Of a DNA stretch of 64,000 nucleotides, positions 40,047 to 50,186 are shown in pieces (position 1 is the first letter of the stretch; each line of letters opens with the position of its first letter). The notes beneath the pieces were generated by a model that saw only the letters and a list, made by a program, of their open reading frames with translations, was not told where the DNA came from and made no database searches. This DNA is from an uncultured Spirochaetota bacterium (lineage in GTDB: Bacteria; Spirochaetota; Spirochaetia; SZUA-6; Fen-1364): positions 1,088,001 through 1,152,000 of the forward strand of contig CAWAHW010000002.1 of the NCBI GenBank assembly GCA_963781885.1, given 5' to 3'. The translations under genes and the position numbers were made by a program.

Positions 40047-40544
40047 ATGAGAAGATTCGTACTACCGATCTTGTTGACGATCGCCATCCCAGTGACGGCG
40101 TTCGGCTATGCGCATCCTAACCTCATAGACGCTCAACGTTTAATCGACCAAAGTTTCGCCAGGATTACCAAGGCCCAGGAAAACAACGACTTCGATCTCG
40201 AAGGCCACGCAGCGAAGGCTAAAGACGCGCTCGTGAACGCGAAGGAAGAAATCTCCCTCGCCGCGGCGTATGCGGACAAAAACTCTGCTTTCGCGAAGTT
40301 CCTCAAGGGGCTCGGATTCCATGAGACTCCGAATGGCGAGGCGCCGGAAGTGAATATCAGCAAGAAGAAGCACCCAGCGCTCGCCGCGGCGCAACAGCTC
40401 GTCTTCGATGCGTACGAGAAACTCGTCATAGCCCAGGAGGCGAACGAGTTCGACATGGATGGTCACGCCCAAAAAGCCAAGGATTTCCTGGATATCGCGG
40501 CAAAAGAGCTCAAGGCGGCCGCCGTAGCCGCGAACAAGAACTAG
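40047..40544 (+). CDS. Exported protein with two His-containing helical repeats
   Basis: Signal peptide; HPNL..AQ..DLEGHAAKAK and HPAL..AQ..DMDGHAQKAK; AAGGAG RBS. Confidence 0.8.
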   Translation: MRRFVLPILLTIAIPVTAFGYAHPNLIDAQRLIDQSFARITKAQENNDFDLEGHAAKAKDALVNAKEEISLAAAYADKNSAFAKFLKGLGFHETPNGEAPEVNISKKKHPALAAAQQLVFDAYEKLVIAQEANEFDMDGHAQKAKDFLDIAAKELKAAAVAANKN

Positions 40545-40659
40545 AGTCAATCGGCGGGAGTCCTACACTTTCCGGTGATCGCGCATGCCGCTCGCCTTGT
40601 GGTAGGACCCCGCCTATCTCGTCCTATTATTCTGAAGACATTGCTCCTTTGACAGATAG

Positions 40660-40765
40660 TCCAAGGTCGATAGCTTCATATGATTCTTCGCAAAGAACGC
40701 TCGCCGCGTTGACCCGCTCTATGGAATACATCGCGTCGTCTTTTTGAACCGGTCGAGCAAAATGC
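40660..40765 (-). pseudogene. IS66 tnpA remnant
   Basis: Clear nucleotide similarity to 59878-59975 (GATTCTTCGCA..CGCCGCGTTGACCCGCTCT..CATCGCGTCGTCTTTT). Confidence 0.7.
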
Positions 40766-40826
40766 GGCCTTCATTTCTGCGGAGCTCCGCCTATTCCCTC
40801 TCTCCTCAGGTGCTGGCTTCCTTGAG

Positions 40827-41397
40827 TGAGACTTGATAACCCACCGCCTATGGCGGTGGTGATGTCCTGATGGCTATGCCGTAAGACGGAATGCGAATAA
40901 AATCGAAACATGACGAAATGGAAAAAACAATCGCACGTGGTCTACCAGTGCAGCTATCACATAGTATGGTGCCCCAAGTATAGATTTCGAATACTTGAAG
41001 GTGCTGTAGCGAAGTACGTCGAAGGACGTATCAGGGCGATCTGCGAATGGAAGGATAGTGGAATAGAGGAACTGAATGTGATGAAAGATCATGTGCATCT
41101 GGTGGTAAACGTTCCTCCAAGGGTATCGATATCAGAACTGATGGGGATTTTGAAGGGCAAGACAGCAATAGGAATATTTCAAAACTACAAGAGCTTGAAG
41201 CGGAAACCATACTGGGGAAATCATTTCTGGAGCCGCGGCTATTGCGTAACGACGATAGGGCTGGATGAAGAGAAGATACGTCGCTACGTACGATACCAGG
41301 AAGAAAACGAGCGGCTCGAAGAGAAAGAGCACGAAGAAGCAGGCCTCTTTTAGAGGCCGGGGTTCAAAACCACCTCCTCTGGAGGTGGATGCTTTAT
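40827..41397 (+). mobile_element. IS200-like element (tnpA only), copy 1, 571 bp
   Basis: Matches 52969-53539; subterminal hairpins CCACCGCC/GGCGGTGG and CCACCTCC/GGAGGTGG; follows TTGAG; no TSD. Confidence 0.92.
40910..41353 (+). CDS. tnpA: IS200/IS605 family Y1 transposase
   Basis: YHIVWCPKYR, DHVHL (HUH), FWSRGY and Y..YQ motifs. Confidence 0.95.
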   Translation: MTKWKKQSHVVYQCSYHIVWCPKYRFRILEGAVAKYVEGRIRAICEWKDSGIEELNVMKDHVHLVVNVPPRVSISELMGILKGKTAIGIFQNYKSLKRKPYWGNHFWSRGYCVTTIGLDEEKIRRYVRYQEENERLEEKEHEEAGLF

Positions 41398-42358
41398 TAG
41401 CACTGAGCATTCTCGCCTCAACAATGGCACGTTCTCGACGATCGCCCAAACGAGAGCGTCATCGACGGTCGGGTACTCATGGGTGAGCTAGTTTCGGAAA
41501 TCAATGATCCTTCGAGCATTCGTGATCACTTCAAATGTGCGCGATGCCGCGCGCGAGAGTGCCGCGATTGCCTCGCCGATGATGATGAACTATCGCTCCA
41601 CCGACGAACGAACGAGCCGAGACGCCGAATAGGCAGAAAAATCAAGGCCCGAGACAGCGACCGCGATCGCCTCGCAAGAATCAATAACATCGGTAGGACA
41701 AGCGCGCTCGTCACGCGGCATACAGCAGCAGTTTTGTGCGTTCTATATTTCGGGCGATGTACGACAAGCCCCTTTCCTACCCGTATGATCTGCAGCCCTA
41801 AAACCCGTGCCTCCCTGTCCCGGACTTGCAAGAGAGAGTTACTCTTCAAAGTCGTCAACCCAACCCCGTTTAAAGGTGTAGCACTGAGCATTCTCGCCTC
41901 AACAATGGCACGTTCTCGACGATCGCCCAAACGAGAGCGTCATCGACGGTCGGGTACTCATGGGTGAGCTGAGTTTCGGAAATCAATGATCCTTCGAGCA
42001 TTCGTGATCACTTCAAATGTGCGCGATGCCGCGCGCGAGAGTGCCGCGATTGCCTCGCCGATGATGATGAACTATCGCTCCACCGACGAACGAACGAGCC
42101 GAGACGCCGAATAGGCAGAGAAATCAAGGCCCGAGACAGCGACCGCGATCGCCTCGCAAGAATCAATAACATCGGTAGGACAAGCGCGCTCGTCACGCGG
42201 CATACAGCAGCAGTTTTGTGCGTTCTATATTTCGGGCGATGTACGACAAGCCCCTTTCCTACCCGTATGATCTGCAGCCCTAAAACCCGTGCCTCCCTGT
42301 CCCGGACTTGCAAGAGAGAGTTATCTTCAAAGTCGTCAACCCAACCCCGTTTAAAGGT
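41398..42358. repeat. Direct tandem duplication of 480 bp (41398-41877 and 41879-42358)
   Basis: Both units run TAGCACTGAGC...GTTTAAAGGT; three differences seen (two indels, one substitution). Confidence 0.92.
41879..42203 (-). pseudogene. Second, 3'-truncated copy of the HepT-like toxin pseudogene
   Basis: Part of the duplicated unit. Confidence 0.75.
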
Positions 42359-42541
42359 CGAGGCAAAGGAACTCGGGTCCATTCCATCCCCGAGAGGCTC
42401 TCAGAATGTAAGGTCGAGGACGACCCGGACTCGCTCTAATAATTCCTTCAAAGAGAAGGGCCAGACGGGCCGTGCTTAGCTGCCGGGTTGCAGTCGTATC
42501 CCTGAGCGGGGCGTTTGCAAAGTCGTGCGTTCGGCGCCTTC

Positions 42542-43525
42542 TTATGATCCCTCCGCTGCCTTGATCAGCTCGTTCCGTCGCATTCTGTATGCGGCAATCG
42601 GGCCGTCACCCGGGATGAGGTTCTCTCCGATGGAAAGCCCGCTTGCCTTCGGCACCTGGGTCTGCACCACTCGTCTGTCCTGGTGAAGGATGATGCGGTT
42701 GAAGACCATGAACAGCACGTCCGCAAGGCCGCCCAGGATCGGCAGCCGCATGAACTTCTGGTAAAACCGCAGGTACATTAAGGTATGGCCTTCGTCAACA
42801 GGCACGAACGCCACCACAATCCGCATTTTCTCTGAAATCCAATTCTGCCAGAGGTTGGGGAACAATAGCTCAACGTGAAAGCTGGCATAGGGAGGACTGA
42901 TCTCGTCGGGCGTGAGAGGCTTCTGGCCGATGTCGACATCGTTGCAGACATGCACCACGAGGTGGTCGGCGTTTTTCCACAAGATTACCGGTCCGTTCAC
43001 CAGGGTCCTGTTCCCACGGCCGATAGTCGTGCGGTGAACGAATGGCAAATGCACCGCGTCAAGCTGGTTTTCAATTGCGCGGGAATAGTGCGTCTCCCAC
43101 GGATCAACGATCATGCGGGAATGAAATGTCCCGTCGATGTCGTCGAAGAAACTCGGCTCTTTCAAATTCGTGGGTGGATTCTCACCCCACCAGATCCAGA
43201 TGAAACCGTGGCTCTCATGGATGGGGTACGAGCAGACATGAAAGCGGTCAGGGACCGGGGCGTCTCTGCCGTTGGCAGGGATCCGAGCACCCCGGCCACG
43301 CGTGTCATATTCGAACCCATGGAAAGGGCACTGGATGCGATCTTCGAGAAGCTTCCCTGCGCTCAGGGCCGCCCCACGGTGCGCGCATCGATCCCGCAGG
43401 CAGAACGCCTTCCCCTCCTGGTCCCGGGCGAACACCAACCGCTCTCCCAGGCGGGTGACGCCCAGCATTTTTCCTCGCTTCACATCCTGCGATCCGAGGA
43501 CCACATACCATTGGTTTGGTATCAT
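42542..43525 (-). CDS. Rieske non-heme iron oxygenase alpha subunit (VanA-like)
   Basis: CAHRGA and CPFHG Rieske motifs; EN.LD..HL.FVH iron site; QD. Confidence 0.9.
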   Translation of the reverse strand: MIPNQWYVVLGSQDVKRGKMLGVTRLGERLVFARDQEGKAFCLRDRCAHRGAALSAGKLLEDRIQCPFHGFEYDTRGRGARIPANGRDAPVPDRFHVCSYPIHESHGFIWIWWGENPPTNLKEPSFFDDIDGTFHSRMIVDPWETHYSRAIENQLDAVHLPFVHRTTIGRGNRTLVNGPVILWKNADHLVVHVCNDVDIGQKPLTPDEISPPYASFHVELLFPNLWQNWISEKMRIVVAFVPVDEGHTLMYLRFYQKFMRLPILGGLADVLFMVFNRIILHQDRRVVQTQVPKASGLSIGENLIPGDGPIAAYRMRRNELIKAAEGS

Positions 43526-45131
43526 TTCGACACTCCTATCGCCTCCGCTCCTGGGGGCGCTTGTCGCGCACGGTATCCAGGAAATCCGGCGTAATCGTCT
43601 TAACTCCTGCCCCGAGGATCTTCCATTGCGTTTTCTCGATACCATTTCCATCATAGCACACGACCCACGAAGCCGATTCTCCAAGTACCGGCCGATGTTT
43701 TCCCTCCAGACCCTGTTCGCAAATCTTTGAGAACCGATCGCAGGAACCTTGTCCCACAGCGCAGACGCGGCGGCGGGTTACTTGCGACAACGGCGATTTA
43801 TTCGGGCGGTTCGGTGGCAGTGGGGGCCGCATGGGCCGGGCAAGCCCACTCTCACGTGTGAAGCATGTGGGTGCGATTTCAAGAACCGGCACCCCTGATT
43901 GACAATCAGGCAACTGCAGACTCCGGAAATGTACTTTTGGGGCCGAGGCTGGAAGTAGTGCTGGAGATTGCCGGTGAGCTTCTCCACCCTAACCCGTAGC
44001 ACCCCAGTGTTGGGCCGGCGCTTCAGCGCATCCCACTGCCCTTGAAGCGCTTTGCCACTACGAACTTGCAGCTTCCTTCCACGAGCCCGCTGCCAATCGG
44101 GAAGCCCTGAGACTTGTAGGTGTCATAGTCCATGCGCGAGAGGTTATTCCTGAAGTAGTTGATCTCTCTGATCGCTGAATCTCGATCGACAACGGTGTCG
44201 GCCCTCCGTCGCATCTCCTGGACGACCTGCAGGGCCCGCCCTTCCAGCAACATATGGGCCCAGCGAGGGTGAGTCAGCTTCCCCTTGCGTGCATCTGGGA
44301 ACAGGCTGCAAAAGACTCCCAAATGCTCGCTGGCGTGATAGTGTGAGCCCCATCGGCCAGAAAGACCAGCGTGCGCGCGAAGTGTTGTCCCATGGCCAAG
44401 GCGGCGCGGCCGGCGTAGGTCTCAAACTCCTGGTGCCGACCGTAGCGAGCTCCTGTCCAGCGGTCCACCTCTTTGCCGTCTTGCATCTTCTGCACGACCA
44501 CCACGTTGCATTCTTTCCAATCCGTCGGTGCCTTCAGGCTTTCCCGACCGCTCACGCCCTTCTTTTCAAGGATTTGTGGACTGATGGTCCCGTCGACCTC
44601 CACTACCATCACCTCGCAGGACTGATTGCCACGTCGGGCTTCAATCATCTCGTGGGGATTGTCGGCGATGCGCTCGCCAACCGACTCGGTATTGCGGCGT
44701 ACAGCCGTGGCACCCACCGAGAACCCCAAGGCCTCACTCAGAAGGTGCCCCGCCCGGCCGAAGGCCTCACTGCCACCGAAACTGCTAAGCAGATAGCTCA
44801 TCAACGGCGAATAGCCCAAGCAGCGATCCAGTCCCAGCTTCTCATCCAGAGGAACCCACCCGCCTGTACCGTGGCGAAACTTGTAGCATCGTCGTGGCAG
44901 CACTGCTTCCCCGCCAAAGCGGTTGAGAAACCGTCGATTGCGCTTGCCCGCGTACACCGCTGTGCGCTCCCCCACGCGGAGGCTGTTCTCAACGGTGGGC
45001 TCCTCCACCCCTTGCAAGATCTCGCGCTCCAATGCTTGCCCAAACTCGTTGATGAACTTCAGGATTCGCGATTCAACCTGCTCAAAGGTATACCTGTCCG
45101 TGCTCAAGCCTTCTCCAAGCTCCTTGACTAG

Positions 45132-46619
45132 GAGCTTGTCGGATTTTCGTTGGCGGATTCTCACGTAGCCGGTCTATGTGCTAAGTTTCGCGGGTGGCAG
45201 AAAACTTCGTAAACGTGGATCGGGACACACCGATGCTGCTGCCTGCGGATCTGAGGCGGTGGGTTCCCGAAGACGATCTGGTGCATTTCCTGATCAACGC
45301 GGTGGAGACGATGCGGCTGTCGGCGTTGCGAGTAAATGAGCGTGGCAGTGGCAGCGAGCAGTATCCGCCGCGGATGATGCTGGCGCTGTTGGTCTATAGC
45401 TACGCCAACGGCGTGTTTGGTTCACGACGCATCGAACGGGCCACCTACCGCGATGTTGCGGTGCGCTACCTCACAGGAGACACCCATCCAGATCACGACA
45501 CCATTTGCGCGTTTCGCAGAGAAAATGCAATGGCGGTGAAGCAAGCCTTCGCTGAGGTATTGCAGTTGGCTCGGCAGATGGGACTGGTGAAACTTGGGAC
45601 CGTTAGTGTTGACGGAACGCATATCAAAGCCAACGCCTCCAAACACAAGGGTTTACGCTACGATCGTGCGGGGGAGTTAGAAAAGCTCCTCCGCAAGGAC
45701 ATCGAAGAGCTTCTGGCGCGAGCCGAAAATGCCGACCGCCAGGAGACGGCAGATGATCAAAAGCTGCCCCAGGAGATTGCCCGACGCGAGGCATTACTGG
45801 AAAAGATGCGCTGGGCTCGTCAGGAACTGGAGAAACGAGCCAAAAACGAGGAGGAGCAGAAGAGGCACAAGGACGATTTTGGAGGGCCCGAAACGGGAAG
45901 CACACCCGGGCAAGGGCAGCCAAAGGACTCGCAGCAGATCAACCTTACCGATCCCGACAGCTGCTTGATGCGCAAGAGCCGTTACGACAGCTATGAGCAG
46001 GCATACAACGCTCAGGTGGTCGTTGAGGCCGATGGCAGCCAGCTTGTGCTGGCCACCGATGTGCTCACCACTCCCAGCGACGCGAATGAGCTGGAAGTAG
46101 CGCTGGAGAAGGTTGTGCAATCCGTGGGGCCCGTTCAGCGGATGTTGGCTGATGGAGGATACGTGAATGCAGAGGCAATCGGCGAGGTAGGACAGAAGGT
46201 TGATCTGTACGTCGCGATTGCCAGGGCGGACAACAGCTACCGCCGCTACGACTTTCGGCCACGAAAAAAGCGGGCTGCCAAGAAAGTCATCGATCCCCGT
46301 TTGAGGGCCATGCGGAAAAAAGTGACCAGCGAGGAGGGCAGGCGTATCTACCGCCGACGCGCTGCCACAGTTGAACCGGTCTTTGGTGTGATCAAAGCCG
46401 CGTTGGGTCTGCGACAGTTCCTCTTGCGAGGGTCGGAGAAGGTGCGCATCGAATGGGATCTGGTTTGCTTGGCCTACAACGTAAGGCGAGTGTGGAGCCT
46501 CTCAAGGGCCTGAGACGACGCTGACGAGCCCTGTGGACAATTCCTTTGCGCTCGGGCCTGATTCGGCCGTGTCGGGTGCTGGATTTCCTGCTGAGCCGAG
46601 CTCTCAGTCCGACAGGCTC
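45132..46619 (+). mobile_element. IS1182 family element
   Basis: IRs GAGC(T/C)TGTCGGA; CTAG target duplication at 45128 and 46620. Confidence 0.9.
45194..46513 (+). CDS. IS1182 family transposase
   Basis: YPPRMMLALLVY.Y..G..SR.IE, PDH.TI..FR, VDGT.IKANAS, TDPD, ADGGY and VEPVFG.IK motifs. Confidence 0.92.
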   Translation: MAENFVNVDRDTPMLLPADLRRWVPEDDLVHFLINAVETMRLSALRVNERGSGSEQYPPRMMLALLVYSYANGVFGSRRIERATYRDVAVRYLTGDTHPDHDTICAFRRENAMAVKQAFAEVLQLARQMGLVKLGTVSVDGTHIKANASKHKGLRYDRAGELEKLLRKDIEELLARAENADRQETADDQKLPQEIARREALLEKMRWARQELEKRAKNEEEQKRHKDDFGGPETGSTPGQGQPKDSQQINLTDPDSCLMRKSRYDSYEQAYNAQVVVEADGSQLVLATDVLTTPSDANELEVALEKVVQSVGPVQRMLADGGYVNAEAIGEVGQKVDLYVAIARADNSYRRYDFRPRKKRAAKKVIDPRLRAMRKKVTSEEGRRIYRRRAATVEPVFGVIKAALGLRQFLLRGSEKVRIEWDLVCLAYNVRRVWSLSRA

Positions 46620-48651
46620 CTAGGATTCTGGCTCTGACGCAGAATCTCAGTGATTTCCATGGCCTATCCCCCCTCCATAGCAAGGATTCAGCAAGGTGGG
46701 GATAGGCTTTTATCTTTAAAAACTCAATGACAAAAAACCCGTTCTTGAGATCGCACCCCGCACGGGGGCTGCTCGCGAAAAGACGGCTTTGTGATAGACT
46801 TTCGCAAGTTCCGTTTCCGCATGATTCCAAGCAGAAGCTGCATTGGCATGCCAACTACGGCATTGAGAAAGGAATCATTGACGGCACCCAGTAGGGCGGG
46901 CGTTGAATGAAAAGGCTCCACTACACGATGGTTCGAATTGCCTCGGCAATAAGGATTTCGGCATGCGGCTTTTTTCTGTTTCTTGGCGCAGGGTGCGCAC
47001 AAATGCCACCAACCCAAGAGAGCACGCCCCAGATCGTGGCTCAGACAGCCCCGCTTCCAGAGTTGCTCAAGACGGGGCCGCACTTTGTCGTAGATCTTGG
47101 GCATACTGATGCTGTCAATTCAGTAACCTTCTCGCCCGACGGTAGGACAGTGCTCTCCGGCTCAGCTGACGGCACGGTAAAGCTCTGGGACGTCGCAAGC
47201 GGCCGGGAGATCCGCACCTTCTCCGGCTCTTCGTCCGCAGTCACTTCTGTCGCTTTCTCACCGGATGGACTATCGGCCGTGTCTAATTCACGAGACAGAA
47301 CCTTGAAACTATGGGATGTCGGGACGGGTCGAGAGATTCGCACGTTCTCCGGAAATACGAACGGTGTCAGCTCTGTTGCTTATTCGCCCGACGGCAGTAT
47401 GGTCGTTTCGGACTCAAGCGAAAGCGCGCTGGAATTGTGGGACGCGCAGACGGGCCAAAAAATCCGCGCCTTCTCCGCCGACATGACGGCGGCAACCTCT
47501 GTTGCCTTTTCCCCTGACGGAAGAAAACTAGTTTCAGGCTCAGGAGACGGCACTCTCGCACTTTGGGATGCGGGCACCGGCCAAAAGATTCGCGCATTCT
47601 CGGCGCCAAAGCAGTGGGTTTCCTCGGTCGCGTTCTCGCCGGATGGGGGAGCGGTGCTCGCGGGCTCAGGAGAAGGTACTCTCGCTCTTTGGGACGTAGG
47701 CACCGGCCGGGAGATTCGCGCATTCTCCAGCATCACATCCGCGGTTACTGCGGTCGCATTCTCCCCTGATGGGCAGACAGTGCTCTCCGCTTTGGAGGAT
47801 CGAACGTTGAGGCTGTGGAATGTGGCGAATGGCCGTGAGATCCTTACCATGGCTGGCCACACCAACATCATCAACTCTGTGGCTTTTTCGCCTGACGGGC
47901 GGACGATTCTGTCTGGCTCAAGTGACTGGACGTTGAAACTCTGGGAGGTGTCGACTGGAAGGGAGATGCGCATTTTCGCAGGTCATGTCAGTACCCTTGG
48001 CCCGGTTGCATTCTCTCCCATCGGGAGGACTTTGCTATCTGGTTATTCAGATGGGACGTTGATGCTCTGGGATGCAGCGACCGGCCAAGAGATCCGAGCT
48101 CTTGCTGGGCAAGGCGGAGATATCACTTCGGCGGCGTACTCACCTGACGGCCGGATGCTGGTCTCCGGTCTTCGGAACGGCGCTTTGCGGCTATGGGACG
48201 CCGCAAGCGGACGGGAGATACGCACTGTCCCAGGCGCAGCGGGCGCCGTAGTCACGTCGGTCGCATTTTCCCCCGATGGGCGTAGCGTTCTCGCGGGCTC
48301 AGATACCCTCGGCAAATCAGACAAACTTGTGCTTTGGGATGTGGCGACGGGCAGCAGGATAAAGACTTACTATACCCCCGAATATGCCGCCTCGGTATCT
48401 TCCGTAGCGTTTTCCCCTGACGGACGGATGTTGATTGCTGGCTCCTACGACGGAAAACTGAATCTTTGGGATACGGCAAGCGGACGGGAGATCCGCACAT
48501 TCTCCCGCGACGCAGCCGTGATCACCTCGGTCGCATTTTCACCAGATGGTTTGACGCTGCTCGCCAGCTCCGCGGATAGAACCTTGAAGCTGTGGAATGT
48601 TGGGACCGGGGAGGAGATCCGCGCCTTCGCCGGACATACCAGGTCTGTTAA

Positions 48652-50135
48652 CCTTACAGATGCATAAAAGGCAGATATTCGCTTGACGTGTAGATGAAAA
48701 AGTGGCGTCCTGATATGGCAAATCCTGATTCCGCCAAGAGTCAGATCTACCGACCAGGAGGCCACCAAACGTGAAACCCAGTAGAGCACAAATCCACTCC
48801 CGCGTCTACAAGTTCCCCGAGCTTCGCTTCGAAGATCAACGATTGACATCTTTTTCTGGGACCGTGGTACTACAAGCCCTTTTCAAAAACATGGATGTCG
48901 CGGGCAAACTACAGCGATGCTTCACCCATCGGAAGAAGGGTTCCGTGGTAGGGTTTCACAGCGTCGCCTTGTTGATGATCCTGCACTTGATGCTGGGCTA
49001 CCGTCGGCTGCGTGATATTGATCGCTACCGAGAGGACCCGCTGATTCGACGAGCACTGGGATTGCGGCGGCTGCCTCATGTCTGTACGGTGAGTCGGATG
49101 CTCTGTCGGGCTGATGCGCACAGCGTTGCCAACCTTCAAGAGTTCAATCGTGCTTTGGTCCTGCAACGTCTTGAACATCAGGGGCTGGCACGGGTCACCT
49201 TGGACTTCGATGGCTCGGTGATCTCCAGCGGCCGTTACGCCGAGGGGACGGCCATCGGGTATAATGATAAAAAGAAGGGGGCCAGAAGCTACTACCCGTT
49301 GTTCTGCACCGTCGCGCAAAGCGGTCAAGTCCTGGATGCCCATCATCGGCCAGGCAACGTGCACGACTCCAAGGGCTCACTTGCTTTCATTGGGGCGTGC
49401 GTGGCCGCGGTGCGAGCTCAGCTGCCCGGTGTGATTGTGGAGTCGCGTAAGGATTCAGCGTTTTTCAGCGATGAAACAGTGAGTTTTCTGGATTCCCAGA
49501 AAGTCGAGTTTAGCATCTCCGTTCCCTTCGAGCGATTCTCCGAGTTGAAGGAGATCATTGAATCCAGGAGCACGTGGCAGCGCCTGGATTCCGAGTGGTC
49601 GTACTTCGAGTTGCCCTGGTCGCCGAACTGCTGGAGCAAACACTATCGGTTTCTGTTCCTCCGCCACAAGGTGAAAAAGCAACGAAAGGAACCTGTCCAG
49701 TTGGAGCTCTTTGTTCCTCACGAAGAAGGCTACGAGTTCAAGGTGATCGTCACCAACAAGCGAGGTAAGGCGAAGGGAATCCTCTTGTTTCACAACGGGA
49801 GGGCGTCGCAGGAGAACATGTTCTCAGAATTGAAGGACCAGTGCCAGATGGATTATGTCCCCGTGCGTCGCCTGGCCGGCAACCAGTGGTACTTTCTTTC
49901 GGCAGTGATCGCGCATAATCTTTTTCGTGAGCTTCATATCAAAAGCTGCACAAAGGATCGGACCACGACAGCGAAACGGTCACCTTTATGGAGCTTCCGC
50001 GAGGCAACGACCATTCGTCAGGTGCTTCTCCACAGGGCAGGTCGACTGACCAGACCGCAGGGGCGGCTACGACTTACCCTGAGCGGCAACGAAATCACAC
50101 GTAAAGAGTTCCAAACATATCTGGCAGCCCTGGAT
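48652..50135 (+). mobile_element. IS1380 family element, copy 1, right end deleted
   Basis: Near-identical to the reverse complement of 54826-56344 up to GCCCTGGAT, then WD40 sequence resumes. Confidence 0.9.
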
Positions 50136-50186
50136 TTTCTCCCGACGGACGCACAGCAGTGTCCGGCTCTCAGGATAGGACGCTGA
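48771..50186 (+). CDS. IS1380 family transposase with aberrant read-through C-terminus
   Basis: LDFDGS, Y.PL, R.DS.F and R...EN...ELK motifs; same as 54849..56225 except the tail. Confidence 0.88.
   Translation: MKPSRAQIHSRVYKFPELRFEDQRLTSFSGTVVLQALFKNMDVAGKLQRCFTHRKKGSVVGFHSVALLMILHLMLGYRRLRDIDRYREDPLIRRALGLRRLPHVCTVSRMLCRADAHSVANLQEFNRALVLQRLEHQGLARVTLDFDGSVISSGRYAEGTAIGYNDKKKGARSYYPLFCTVAQSGQVLDAHHRPGNVHDSKGSLAFIGACVAAVRAQLPGVIVESRKDSAFFSDETVSFLDSQKVEFSISVPFERFSELKEIIESRSTWQRLDSEWSYFELPWSPNCWSKHYRFLFLRHKVKKQRKEPVQLELFVPHEEGYEFKVIVTNKRGKAKGILLFHNGRASQENMFSELKDQCQMDYVPVRRLAGNQWYFLSAVIAHNLFRELHIKSCTKDRTTTAKRSPLWSFREATTIRQVLLHRAGRLTRPQGRLRLTLSGNEITRKEFQTYLAALDFLPTDAQQCPALRIGR

Larger units (their letters stand above)
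40806..41721 (-). pseudogene. HepT-like (DUF86/HEPN) ribonuclease toxin, interrupted by IS200 with two in-frame TAG
   Basis: MPRDER..SVER*FIIIGEA..FRN*LTHEY..VWAI..ECSVL, continuing LKEAST-stop beyond the IS; overlapped by the MNT antitoxin tail IERTKLLLYAA. Confidence 0.8.
43900..46660 (-). pseudogene. ISKra4-like transposase pseudogene
   Basis: Start MEITEILRQS at 46660; continues LVKELGE after IS1182; internal deletion near 44340; 3' end approximate. Confidence 0.72.
43869..46758 (-). mobile_element. ISKra4/ISLre2-like element, degenerate and interrupted by IS1182
   Basis: Terminal IRs GGGTGCGAT(T/C)TCAAGAAC at 43869 and 46758; transposase pieces with EVDG, ADGA, YHASEHL and PIGSG.VEG.CK. 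Confidence 0.8.

Noticed and set aside
41480-41600. TAG recoding suggested by two in-frame TAGs in hepT
   Set aside because: Many core genes end in TAG (yicC, cmk, folP, bS22), and the gene is also IS-disrupted
41354-42400. TnpB/IscB nuclease or omega-RNA associated with IS200 tnpA
   Set aside because: The element ends 44 bp after tnpA in both copies; the downstream DNA translates as a HepT pseudogene, and GTCAACCCAACCCC lacks the complementary hairpin arm
46907-48650. WD40 nucleotide repeats as a diversity-generating or shufflon system
   Set aside because: Repeats are diverged at synonymous sites; no reverse transcriptase or invertase nearby
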